In this document: positions 51,302 through 59,421 of the stretch, in pieces
Layout: each line of letters opens with the position of its first letter
Numbering within the stretch: the stretch's first letter is position 1
NCBI GenBank assembly: GCA_963777315.1
Contig: CAVZQC010000005.1
Location: forward strand, 128,001 to 192,000
DNA length: 64,000 bases
Reading direction: 5' to 3'
From: Vulcanimicrobiota bacterium
Lineage (GTDB): Bacteria; Vulcanimicrobiota; Vulcanimicrobiia; Vulcanimicrobiales; Vulcanimicrobiaceae
Notes under the pieces: model-generated
Database searches by the model: none
What the model was told of the DNA's origin: nothing
The model's input: the letters and a program-made list of their open reading frames with translations, nothing else
Made by a program: the position numbers and the translations under genes

Positions 51302-52314
51302 CAGGCAACCTCGACGCGCATCGGCGCCAGGCTCTCGAGCGCGCGCAGCACGTCGTCGACCGAAACGCAATCCAAGCACGGCTGGCCTTCTATCGGGCAC
51401 GAGCGTGCGCGGCATCCCGCGCAGGGCGCATGCTGATCGCCCAGCAGCACGTGTTCGGTCCGCCACGGACGAAAACGCGCGGCCGGAACCGTCGGCGCAA
51501 AAATTGATACCACCGGCGTTCCGACGGCCGAGGCTACGTGCGCGGCCGAAGTATTGCCGCACACGACCGCCGACGCGTCGCGCACGATCGCGGCGAACTC
51601 CACGAACGAGGTTTTTCCGCCTAAGTCCACGGCACGCGCGCCGGCCACGTACGCGGTGAGTGCGGACTCTTGCGCGCTTCCCGTCACCACGACGTTGATA
51701 CCGCGCCGGCAGAGCGACGCAACCAGCTCTGCATTGCGATCCGGGAACCACGCACGCGCCGTCACGGTCGATCCTGGATGCACGACGACGTACGGCAAGT
51801 GCTGCACGTTGCCGCGTTCGAGCAGACCGATCATTCGCAAGCGCGCATCGTCATCGGCGGGCAAATCGTAGCCCATCGCCCGCACCAGCGAAAGCGCTCG
51901 TTCGACCTCGTGGATGTCGTCGGGCACGCGGTGACGCACGTCGAGCAGCGAGCCCGGATAGTCGACGCCGATCGCGCCGATTCGCGCAACGCCCGCCATT
52001 CGCAGAAGAAGTGCCAGCGGCAACGGGCTTTGATGAAACGACGTGAGTACGATCGCTTCGTCGAACGTGCGCGTGCGAACGTCCTCGATGAATTCCAGCG
52101 TGCGGGCGAATGAAACCGGCTGCGGGTCCGCATCGATCCATTCGGCTTGCCGAACGAGCGTTTCGCGCACGCCCGGAAGCGCTCGCGCAGCATCGGCGCC
52201 GCGCGGACCGCACAGAAACGTGACATGCGCATCGGCGGCCACTGCGCGCACCGCCGGACCGGTGAGCAGCACGTCGCCGTTGTTGTCCTGGCGAGCCACG
52301 AGCACGCGTTTCAT
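51301..52314 (-). CDS. Glycosyltransferase family 9 (heptosyltransferase-like)
   Basis: RQDNNGDVLL, VHPGS, GNTSAAH, PCAGCRARSCP. Confidence 0.9.
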   Translation of the reverse strand: MKRVLVARQDNNGDVLLTGPAVRAVAADAHVTFLCGPRGADAARALPGVRETLVRQAEWIDADPQPVSFARTLEFIEDVRTRTFDEAIVLTSFHQSPLPLALLLRMAGVARIGAIGVDYPGSLLDVRHRVPDDIHEVERALSLVRAMGYDLPADDDARLRMIGLLERGNVQHLPYVVVHPGSTVTARAWFPDRNAELVASLCRRGINVVVTGSAQESALTAYVAGARAVDLGGKTSFVEFAAIVRDASAVVCGNTSAAHVASAVGTPVVSIFAPTVPAARFRPWRTEHVLLGDQHAPCAGCRARSCPIEGQPCLDCVSVDDVLRALESLAPMRVEVA

Positions 52315-52835
52315 GCCGCGGACCGTGCGTTCAGTGCGAGGACGTAATCGACGGCCGACGCGAGATCTGCGCACACGACCGGCGCCGACTCTATCTCTTG
52401 CGCGCGCGTCACCGGCGTGGGCACCAGAACGGCGTGTGCGCCGGCGCACAGCGCTGCTTCGACGTCGCTGCCGATATCGCCGATCACGATGCATTCTCGC
52501 GGTGAAACGCCGAACTCGCGCGCGGCCGCGTGGATCAAACCCGGCGCAGGTTTGCGGCAGCCGCACTGGGCGCGCGGCTCGTGCGGGCAAACGAACCACC
52601 CGTCGATCGCGCCCACCAGAGCTTCGATGCGGCTGTGCAGGGTGTCGAGCTGGGCGCGCGTGACCGCGCCTTGTGACAGCACGGGCTGATTGGTCACGAC
52701 GCCGATGCGCATGCCGTGCTCGCGCAATCGCCGCACGGCGCTCGCCGCGTGAGGCATCGCGTCCACCGCATCGTCTGCATGTGCGGCGTCCGCAATCAGC
52801 GTGCCGTCGCGATCGAAAAGCACCGCGCGGATCAT
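52311..52835 (-). CDS. gmhB: HAD-IIIA phosphatase, GmhB-like
   Basis: FDRDGTL, VTNQ, CPH...CGCRKP, GDIGSD. Confidence 0.85.
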   Translation of the reverse strand: MIRAVLFDRDGTLIADAAHADDAVDAMPHAASAVRRLREHGMRIGVVTNQPVLSQGAVTRAQLDTLHSRIEALVGAIDGWFVCPHEPRAQCGCRKPAPGLIHAAAREFGVSPRECIVIGDIGSDVEAALCAGAHAVLVPTPVTRAQEIESAPVVCADLASAVDYVLALNARSAA

Positions 52836-53755
52836 TGCGCCGGCTTGCGTAAGAGCGCGGGCATGGCAACCAAACCGCGAATGCGGTGATAGACCGCGGC
52901 AAACGGAATCACGGCGCTCGTGGCCGCAAGCGTGGTGATCTCCTTGGCCGTGCGGGGACCGGGCGCGATGCGTTTCCAGGCAAAATCCGCCGTTAGTCCC
53001 GCCCATGCGGCAAAACACAGCACCGTCGCCAAATGATACGGCCAGCGTCCGCGCGGAGCGTTCGCCCGTTCGCGCCAGTGCGTGCCGTGCAGCGCGCGCA
53101 TCAGCACGTCGTCGGCATTTCCCGCCTGCAGCCGTACGCTGATCCATGCATCCGCCGGGCGTACCGGGTGCTCGGTTTCGCGGCGCCCTTGCGCAATGCG
53201 ATAGCCGGCGTCGAAGACGCGTAACGCAAAGTCGGCGTCCTCGCGATACGCACGGCGAAAGCGCTCGTCGAATCCATCGAGGCGCTGAAGAATCGAACGC
53301 GCGTAGATCATGTCCGCCGTAATCCACGCAGAATGTTGCAATCCGCGCACGTTGCGTTCCCAGTCGGTGGGAGCGCGATCCGCCGGCAGCGGCACGCGCA
53401 CGCGACCCTGCGATCCCACTTCGTCGCGATCCAGCGCGGCGATGTCGGCCACCGCCTGCTCGAGCCATCCGGGCTGCACGCGAACGTCGTCGTCGAGAAA
53501 CGCGATCCATGCCGCCGTCGATTCGCGCCATCCCGAATTGCGCGCAGCGGCTGGTCCCATCGCCTTACCGCGCAGGATGCTGATGCGCGAACGAAGCGCC
53601 GCAGGAGCGTCCACCGCGAGCGGCGCTTCGGGATCGCGGCGATCGTCGACCAGAATGATGCGCCCCAAACTCTCGCTGCGCGAATCACCCAGCGATCGCA
53701 GCAGCTCGCGCAGCGACGCGCGTCCGATCGTCGGGACCACCACGTCAAACCGCAC
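52832..53755 (-). CDS. Glycosyltransferase family 2
   Basis: VVPTIGR, GPAAARN, FLDDD, FDERF...EDADF. Confidence 0.9.
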   Translation of the reverse strand: MRFDVVVPTIGRASLRELLRSLGDSRSESLGRIILVDDRRDPEAPLAVDAPAALRSRISILRGKAMGPAAARNSGWRESTAAWIAFLDDDVRVQPGWLEQAVADIAALDRDEVGSQGRVRVPLPADRAPTDWERNVRGLQHSAWITADMIYARSILQRLDGFDERFRRAYREDADFALRVFDAGYRIAQGRRETEHPVRPADAWISVRLQAGNADDVLMRALHGTHWRERANAPRGRWPYHLATVLCFAAWAGLTADFAWKRIAPGPRTAKEITTLAATSAVIPFAAVYHRIRGLVAMPALLRKPAQ

Positions 53756-55418
53756 CGCTGACCTCGCGTGGCTGCGAGCCGGATTGAAAGACGCCGCTGC
53801 GGCGCAGCAGAAACGGACCGATCGCCAGCGCGTCCACGGGCGCGGAGCCAAAGCACTCCAGAGCGTCGCGCGGATCGTCGACCATCGGCCGCCCTGCGGT
53901 ATTGAAGCTGGTGTTGATGACGACCGGGGTTCCGGTCAGTCGATCGAACTCACGCAGCATTCGCGCAACCAGCGGTTCGTCGCCGGCGTCGACGGTCTGC
54001 ACGCGCGCGGTTCCATCGACGTGCACGGCGGCCGCGATAGCATCCCGCCACTGCGGCTTGACGCGATGCGTGAAGAGCATGTACGGGCTGGGCAGTTGCC
54101 CTTCGAAAATTTCGGATGCGCGCTCCTGCAGCACCATCGGAGCGAGCGGACGAAATTGCTCGCGACCTTTAATCGAGTTGAGCCGTTCCAGGTTTTGCGG
54201 ATACTTGGGATTGGCCAGCAGGCTGCGATGCCCAAGAGCTCGCGGCCCGAACTCGCTGCGTCCCTGGAACCAGCCGACTACGCCGTCGTCCGCGAGGATT
54301 CGCGCAACGGACTGCGCGATGTCGGGCGGCCGTTCGTACTCGATGTGCGCGCCGTCGAGTCGGCGCGCGAGCTGATCTTCATTCCACTCGCGACCCAGCG
54401 CCGCCGTCGTCATCGGCTGCGTGCGATCGCCGTTTTGATGAGCTGCGAACAACGCCGCGCCCAGCGACGTGCCGGCATCGCCGGCGGCGGGCTGAACCCA
54501 AATGCGTTCGAATGGGCCTTCCCGCGCGAGTCGCGCGTTGGCCACGCAGTTGAGCGCGACGCCGCCGGCCATGGCCAGATGCCGGTCCCCGGTCTTCGCG
54601 TGCAAACCGCGCGCCAGCTCCAGGAGCACTTCTTCCAAACGCGCCTGCACGCTCGCGGCCAGATCGGCGTGTGCCCCGATGAACTCGCCGTCATCGCAAC
54701 GCTTTGGCGCAAAACGAGTGAAATCGACCGGATCCGTGTCGAAACCGCCGTCTTCGCGCACCCGGATCGCACGGCGGAACCCGTCCAGAAACGCGGGCTT
54801 GCCGTAACCGGCCAGCCCCATGACCTTGTACTCGTCGCTGGAACGGTGAAAGCCCAGATGCATGGTGAGCTCTTCGTATAAGAGGCCTAACGAACTGGGC
54901 AACGGCTGAACGGCGAGCGTTTGCAAGTCGCCGTCGCGCACCGTGCCGGAAAGATATGACGCGCGTTCGCCCCGGCCATCCGCAACGATAACGGCGCAGT
55001 CGCCCAGCGGTCCGCCCAGATACGCCGAGGCGGCGTGCGCGACGTGATGCGCGACGTACTCCACGCGTGCTCGCTCGATGCCGGGTATCGCCGCCTGCAG
55101 AAATCGCGGCAGCCGCTGCGCGTAGAGCGTGCGCAAAGGCTCCCAATCGCTGCGCGTAACGTCGGCATCGCCGGCAGCTGCAAGCGAGGGATCGTACGAG
55201 TATGCTACGACGTCGACGTCCGAGGGCTGCAGACCGGCGTGTGCCAAACACCACCGCGCGCTGAGAACCGGAAGTTCCCACGTGCTGAACGGCACGCAAT
55301 CTTTGCCGTGCTTGCGGCGGTTGAAGCGTTCTTCTTCGGCCGCGGCGACGATGGTGCCGTCGACAACAAGCGCAGCGGACGAATCATGGAAGACGGCGTT
55401 AATTCCCAGTACGATCAT
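53745..55418 (-). CDS. Carbamoyltransferase (NodU/CmcH/TobZ family)
   Basis: HDSSAAL, EEERF, HHVAHAAS, GGVALNC, EFGPRALGHRS, FRPLAP, NTSFN. Confidence 0.95.
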   Translation of the reverse strand: MIVLGINAVFHDSSAALVVDGTIVAAAEEERFNRRKHGKDCVPFSTWELPVLSARWCLAHAGLQPSDVDVVAYSYDPSLAAAGDADVTRSDWEPLRTLYAQRLPRFLQAAIPGIERARVEYVAHHVAHAASAYLGGPLGDCAVIVADGRGERASYLSGTVRDGDLQTLAVQPLPSSLGLLYEELTMHLGFHRSSDEYKVMGLAGYGKPAFLDGFRRAIRVREDGGFDTDPVDFTRFAPKRCDDGEFIGAHADLAASVQARLEEVLLELARGLHAKTGDRHLAMAGGVALNCVANARLAREGPFERIWVQPAAGDAGTSLGAALFAAHQNGDRTQPMTTAALGREWNEDQLARRLDGAHIEYERPPDIAQSVARILADDGVVGWFQGRSEFGPRALGHRSLLANPKYPQNLERLNSIKGREQFRPLAPMVLQERASEIFEGQLPSPYMLFTHRVKPQWRDAIAAAVHVDGTARVQTVDAGDEPLVARMLREFDRLTGTPVVINTSFNTAGRPMVDDPRDALECFGSAPVDALAIGPFLLRRSGVFQSGSQPREVSGAV

Positions 55419-55491
55419 CGCTTCGTTGCCCCACTGACAACCGACTTTTTTTTGCGTGTGTGCTGCGTGCGCTGCGAACGTGCGCCTATTG

Positions 55492-55546
55492 TTTCCGAGA
55501 AGAGATAACTTAAACGCTCAGGTTAAAAGGGGGCACTTCATGGTAA
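55492..55546. promoter_or_regulatory. Back-to-back SigB-like promoters for the two glycan operons
   Basis: Minus strand GTTTAA-N12-CGGAAA (55515-55492); plus strand GTTAAA-N13-TGGTAA (55522-55546). Confidence 0.45.
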
Positions 55547-55556
55547 AGAGCCGTGC

Positions 55557-56876
55557 ATGCACCGTGCGGCGATATTCGGATGCGGTTACGTCGGTCTGGT
55601 AACGGGCGCGTGTTTTGCCAAGCTGGGACATCACGTTGTCTGCTGCGATACAGACTCTACGAAGATTCGATCGCTGCAGCACGGTGACGTACCGTTGTAC
55701 GAACCGGGATTGCGCGAACTGATCGCGGCACAGCACTCGGCGGCCCGGCTGCAATTCACCGATCGCCCCGCCGAAGCTATGGCGAGCGCAGCCGTTGCGT
55801 TCATTGCCGTGGGGACGCCCACCGGGCCGACCGGCGATGCGGATCTCACGTACGTGCGCCAAGCCGCCCGCGACATCGCCGCATATGCCGGCGGTCCGAC
55901 TATCGTCGTGAACAAATCGACCGTTCCGGTAGAAACCGCGGACATGGTCGAACGCATCGTTACGGCGCACGCGCCTTCCGATTACCGCTTCAGCGTCGCG
56001 TCCAATCCGGAATTTTTACGCGAGGGCAGCGCCATCGAGGACTTCATGCATCCCGACCGCATCGTCGTCGGTTCGCAGGATGAGCACGCAATCGCCGTGC
56101 TGCGCGAGATGTACGCGCCGCTGGGCGCGCCCATGCACGTTGTCGACGTGCATACGGCCGAGATGGTAAAATACGCTGCCAACGCTTTTCTTGCGACCAA
56201 GGTTTCTTTCATCAACGAGATCGCCAATCTGTGCGCCGCGGTCGACGCCGACATCGACGGCGTCATTGCGGGCATCGGCGCCGACGCGCGCATCGGCCCC
56301 GCCTATCTACAGCCGGGATTGGGCTTCGGCGGATCGTGCTTGCCCAAGGACGTCGCGGCCCTAGCCGGCGTCGCGCGCGCCCACGCGATCGAACCGACGA
56401 TGCTCGAAGCGACGCTCAACGTCAACCGGCGGCAAGTCTCGCGCGCGGTTCGGCTGATCGAAGACGCGGTGGGAGATGTGTTCGGCCAAGCCATAGCGGT
56501 TGCCGGGTTGGCGTTTAAGGGCGGCACCGACGACGTCCGGGAATCGCCCGGCATCGTGCTGGTGCAAGCGCTGCTGTCGGCGGGCGCGAACGTTTGCGTG
56601 CTCGACCGCTTCGCCACGGAGCACGCCCGCGCAGTCTTGCGCGATCGCGTAAGCTATGCGGGCTCCGTAAATGAATTGTGCGCGGGAGCCGGCGCCCTGG
56701 TGATTGCAAGCGACGATCCTTCGTACGAACGGCTGAATTGGGAGAGCGTTGCGGCCGCGCTTGCCGATCCCAACGTCATCGATCTTCGCAACATCCTCGA
56801 CCCTGATGCCGTGCGGCGCGCAGGACTGCGCTACGTCGCCGTGGGCCGGGGGCGCCGCGCAGTGCTCGCGCGATGA
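55557..56876 (+). CDS. ugd: UDP-glucose 6-dehydrogenase
   Basis: GCGYVG, NKSTVP, SNPEFLREG, GFGGSCLPKD, AFKGGTDDVRES. Confidence 0.95.
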   Translation: MHRAAIFGCGYVGLVTGACFAKLGHHVVCCDTDSTKIRSLQHGDVPLYEPGLRELIAAQHSAARLQFTDRPAEAMASAAVAFIAVGTPTGPTGDADLTYVRQAARDIAAYAGGPTIVVNKSTVPVETADMVERIVTAHAPSDYRFSVASNPEFLREGSAIEDFMHPDRIVVGSQDEHAIAVLREMYAPLGAPMHVVDVHTAEMVKYAANAFLATKVSFINEIANLCAAVDADIDGVIAGIGADARIGPAYLQPGLGFGGSCLPKDVAALAGVARAHAIEPTMLEATLNVNRRQVSRAVRLIEDAVGDVFGQAIAVAGLAFKGGTDDVRESPGIVLVQALLSAGANVCVLDRFATEHARAVLRDRVSYAGSVNELCAGAGALVIASDDPSYERLNWESVAAALADPNVIDLRNILDPDAVRRAGLRYVAVGRGRRAVLAR

Positions 56877-57838
56877 ACGTGCTCATTACCGGCGTCGCCG
56901 GTTTTTTGGGATCGCACTTGGCGGACGCGTATCTGCAGCGAGGCGACAACGTCGTGGGTGTGGATGACTTGTCGACGTCCACCGGCGAGAACATCGCGCA
57001 TCTGCAGCCCGAACCGCGCTTTGATTTCATCCAAGCCGACTTGTGCGAAGGCATTACCCGGATCGAACGTCCGCCCGATCTGATCTTGCACTTCGCATCA
57101 CCCGCCAGCCCGCAGGATTATGCGCGCGCTCCGATAGCAACGCTCAACGTCAACGGCTCGGGCACCGAGCGCTGCTGCAAGTTGGCGCTGGCGAACGGCG
57201 CGCGGCTGATATACGCCTCGACCTCCGAAGTGTACGGCGATCCGCTGGTGCATCCACAACCCGAACGCTACCGCGGCAACGTCAATTCACTTGGTCCGCG
57301 TTCGTGCTACGACGAGGGCAAGCGTTTCGGCGAAGCGATGATTGCGGCGTACCGCCGCACGCACGGCTTGGATGCGCGCATCGCGCGCATCTTCAATACG
57401 TATGGTCCTCGCATGCGCGCCGGCGATGGCCGGGTGGTGCCGGCCTTCATTAAACAGGCGTTGGAGGGAACGCCGCTGACCGTCTTCGGCGACGGCACGC
57501 AAACGCGCTCGCTGTGTTTCGTCGACGATCTCGTCGAGGGCATCACTGCCTTGGCAGCGTTGGAACGTCCGGCCCACGAGGTCGTGAATCTGGGTTCGGA
57601 GTTCGAAGTTGACGTAAACGAAATCGCGCGCACGATAGCGCGGCTATGCGGGGTAACGCTCACCGTGGAGCAGTGCCCTCTGCCGCCCGACGATCCGGTG
57701 CGGCGCCGTCCGGACCTTGCGCGCGCTCGCGCGATGCTGGGCTGGGAACCGCAGACGCCGTTGGAAACCGGCATGCGCAAAACGATCGAGTGGTTTCGCG
57801 CGCAGCATGCTTTTGAAAAGGAGACCGTCGGATCATGA
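56873..57838 (+). CDS. UDP-glucuronate decarboxylase (UXS)-like NAD-dependent epimerase/dehydratase
   Basis: GVAGFLGS, ASPASP, STSEVYGDP, CYDEGKR, RIFNTYGPRM, DGRVV. Confidence 0.92.
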   Translation: MNVLITGVAGFLGSHLADAYLQRGDNVVGVDDLSTSTGENIAHLQPEPRFDFIQADLCEGITRIERPPDLILHFASPASPQDYARAPIATLNVNGSGTERCCKLALANGARLIYASTSEVYGDPLVHPQPERYRGNVNSLGPRSCYDEGKRFGEAMIAAYRRTHGLDARIARIFNTYGPRMRAGDGRVVPAFIKQALEGTPLTVFGDGTQTRSLCFVDDLVEGITALAALERPAHEVVNLGSEFEVDVNEIARTIARLCGVTLTVEQCPLPPDDPVRRRPDLARARAMLGWEPQTPLETGMRKTIEWFRAQHAFEKETVGS

Positions 57839-58563
57839 CCGCGACTACGGGATATACGCAAACCTCTGCGGCCGCGCGCGCGCTGCACGGGACGTTCATC
57901 GTCACCGGAGCTGCGTCGGGGCTCGGATTGGCCATCGCACAGGCGATTGGAGCCGCGGGCGCAAGCGCCGTCGGCTTTGACGTCAACGCGCCTTCGGGCG
58001 ATTTCGAGCACGAGATCGTCGACGTTTCCGACACGTCGATAGTGGAAGCGAAAGTTCGCGAAGTTGCGCGGCGACACGGTGGGCTTAGCGGTGTGGTTGC
58101 GAACGCAGGCATCGACGCGTGCGGGCGTTTCCAGGACGTGTCCGCCGGCGCGTGGGAGCGCGTGATCAAAGTCAACTTGATGGGCACTGCGGCAGTCGTG
58201 CGCGCCGCATTGCCGCATCTGATCGAAAGTCACGGGCGCGTCGTCACGGTAGCATCCACTTTGGGCCTGCGCGCGGTGAGCGACGCGACCGCGTACTGCG
58301 CGAGCAAATTCGGTGTGGTTGGATTCACCCGAGCCCTCGCAACCGAACTGGCGGGTCAAGTCGGGGTGACGCTGCTGATTCCCGGCGGCATGCACACGCA
58401 TTTCTTCGATGACCGCGACGAAAAATACAAGCCCGGTGCGGACGCCCGGCTCAATCGCCCGGAAGACGTAGCGCAAGCAGCGGTTTTCGCACTTGCCCAG
58501 CCGCCGGGCTGCGAAGTGCGCGAGATGCTGATCTGTCCGTCGATGGAGACGTCCTGGCCTTAA
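57835..58563 (+). CDS. Short-chain dehydrogenase/reductase
   Basis: TGAASGLG, NAG, YCASK. Confidence 0.92.
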   Translation: MTATTGYTQTSAAARALHGTFIVTGAASGLGLAIAQAIGAAGASAVGFDVNAPSGDFEHEIVDVSDTSIVEAKVREVARRHGGLSGVVANAGIDACGRFQDVSAGAWERVIKVNLMGTAAVVRAALPHLIESHGRVVTVASTLGLRAVSDATAYCASKFGVVGFTRALATELAGQVGVTLLIPGGMHTHFFDDRDEKYKPGADARLNRPEDVAQAAVFALAQPPGCEVREMLICPSMETSWP

Positions 58564-58607
58564 GCGTTCCCGGACTTTCGCTCCAAAACAACGCATTTTC
58601 AGCCCTA

Positions 58608-58643
58608 TATACCCTTGACGGAATATGCCTTATGGGGGATAAT
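58608..58643 (+). promoter_or_regulatory. Sigma70 promoter with palindromic operators, probably giving a leaderless transcript
   Basis: TTGACG-N17-GATAAT, GTG start 5 nt downstream; ATATACC-N6-GGAATAT and a similar second box. Confidence 0.6.
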
Positions 58644-58648
58644 ACGTT

Positions 58649-59011
58649 GTGGCATGGGAAGTCGAATTTACGGACGAGTTCAAGGAGTGGTGGGACGATA
58701 TCGATGGCGGCGCTCAAGCAGACATCGATGCATGCGTTCGGCTCCTAGCGGAGGTGGGACCGGCGTTAGGACGGCCTCACGTCGATACTGTAAGCGGCTC
58801 GGCCCACGCCAACATGAAGGAGCTCAGAGTCCAGAGCAATGCGCGGCCGTTTCGGATATTTTTTGCCTTCGATCCACGCAGAACTGGCATTTTATTAATC
58901 GGCGGCGACAAGACTGGCAAAAAGCGATTCTACGAAGAGATGATTTTAATCGCTGACCATCTCTACGATGAGCACCTTGAAGAAATTGGAGACGAAGGCG
59001 CAAATGAGTAA
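58649..59011 (+). CDS. RelE/HigB-like type II toxin (Gp49/DUF891 type)
   Basis: GPALGRPHVDT...NMKELR...RIFFAFDPRR...LLIGGDK. Confidence 0.9.
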   Translation: MAWEVEFTDEFKEWWDDIDGGAQADIDACVRLLAEVGPALGRPHVDTVSGSAHANMKELRVQSNARPFRIFFAFDPRRTGILLIGGDKTGKKRFYEEMILIADHLYDEHLEEIGDEGANE

Positions 59012-59345
59012 GAGTTACTCAGTACTCCACGAGAAATTGACGCCGGAACAGCGTAAACGCAGTGACGCGCGACTTGAGCACTTGCGTAATCAAGTCCGGC
59101 TTCAGGAACTACGCGTTGCGCGGGCGCAGACGCAGGAAACGATCGCCGGTGTCATGCGCATTCCTCAGTCGTCTGTTTCTAAAATTGAACAGCGCACCGA
59201 CGTCTATGTCAGCACGATTCGCCGTTACCTTGAAGCGGTTGGCGGCAAACTTCAAATTATCGCGCAGTTTCCGGACGGAGAGACCTTTGAGATTACGCAG
59301 TTCCATGAGATTGGCGAACCTGAACAGGAACTCGTGGACGCGTAA
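59004..59345 (+). CDS. XRE/HigA-like antitoxin
   Basis: LQELR...TQETIA...QSSVSKIEQRTD...STIRRYLEAVGGKL. Confidence 0.9.
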   Translation: MSKSYSVLHEKLTPEQRKRSDARLEHLRNQVRLQELRVARAQTQETIAGVMRIPQSSVSKIEQRTDVYVSTIRRYLEAVGGKLQIIAQFPDGETFEITQFHEIGEPEQELVDA

Positions 59346-59387
59346 ATCCTTCAGTGGGATTTTACTAAGATCTTCGGCTTGGAAACA

Positions 59388-59415
59388 TGGTGGCCCCAGC
59401 GCGGATTCGAGCCCC
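59388..59415 (-). other. tRNA 3'-end remnant (possible att scar)
   Basis: Minus strand GGGGCTCGAATCCGCGCTGGGGCCACCA: T-loop-like TCGAATCC, acceptor 3' strand and CCA, with no 5' half. Confidence 0.5.
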
Positions 59416-59421
59416 GAAGCC

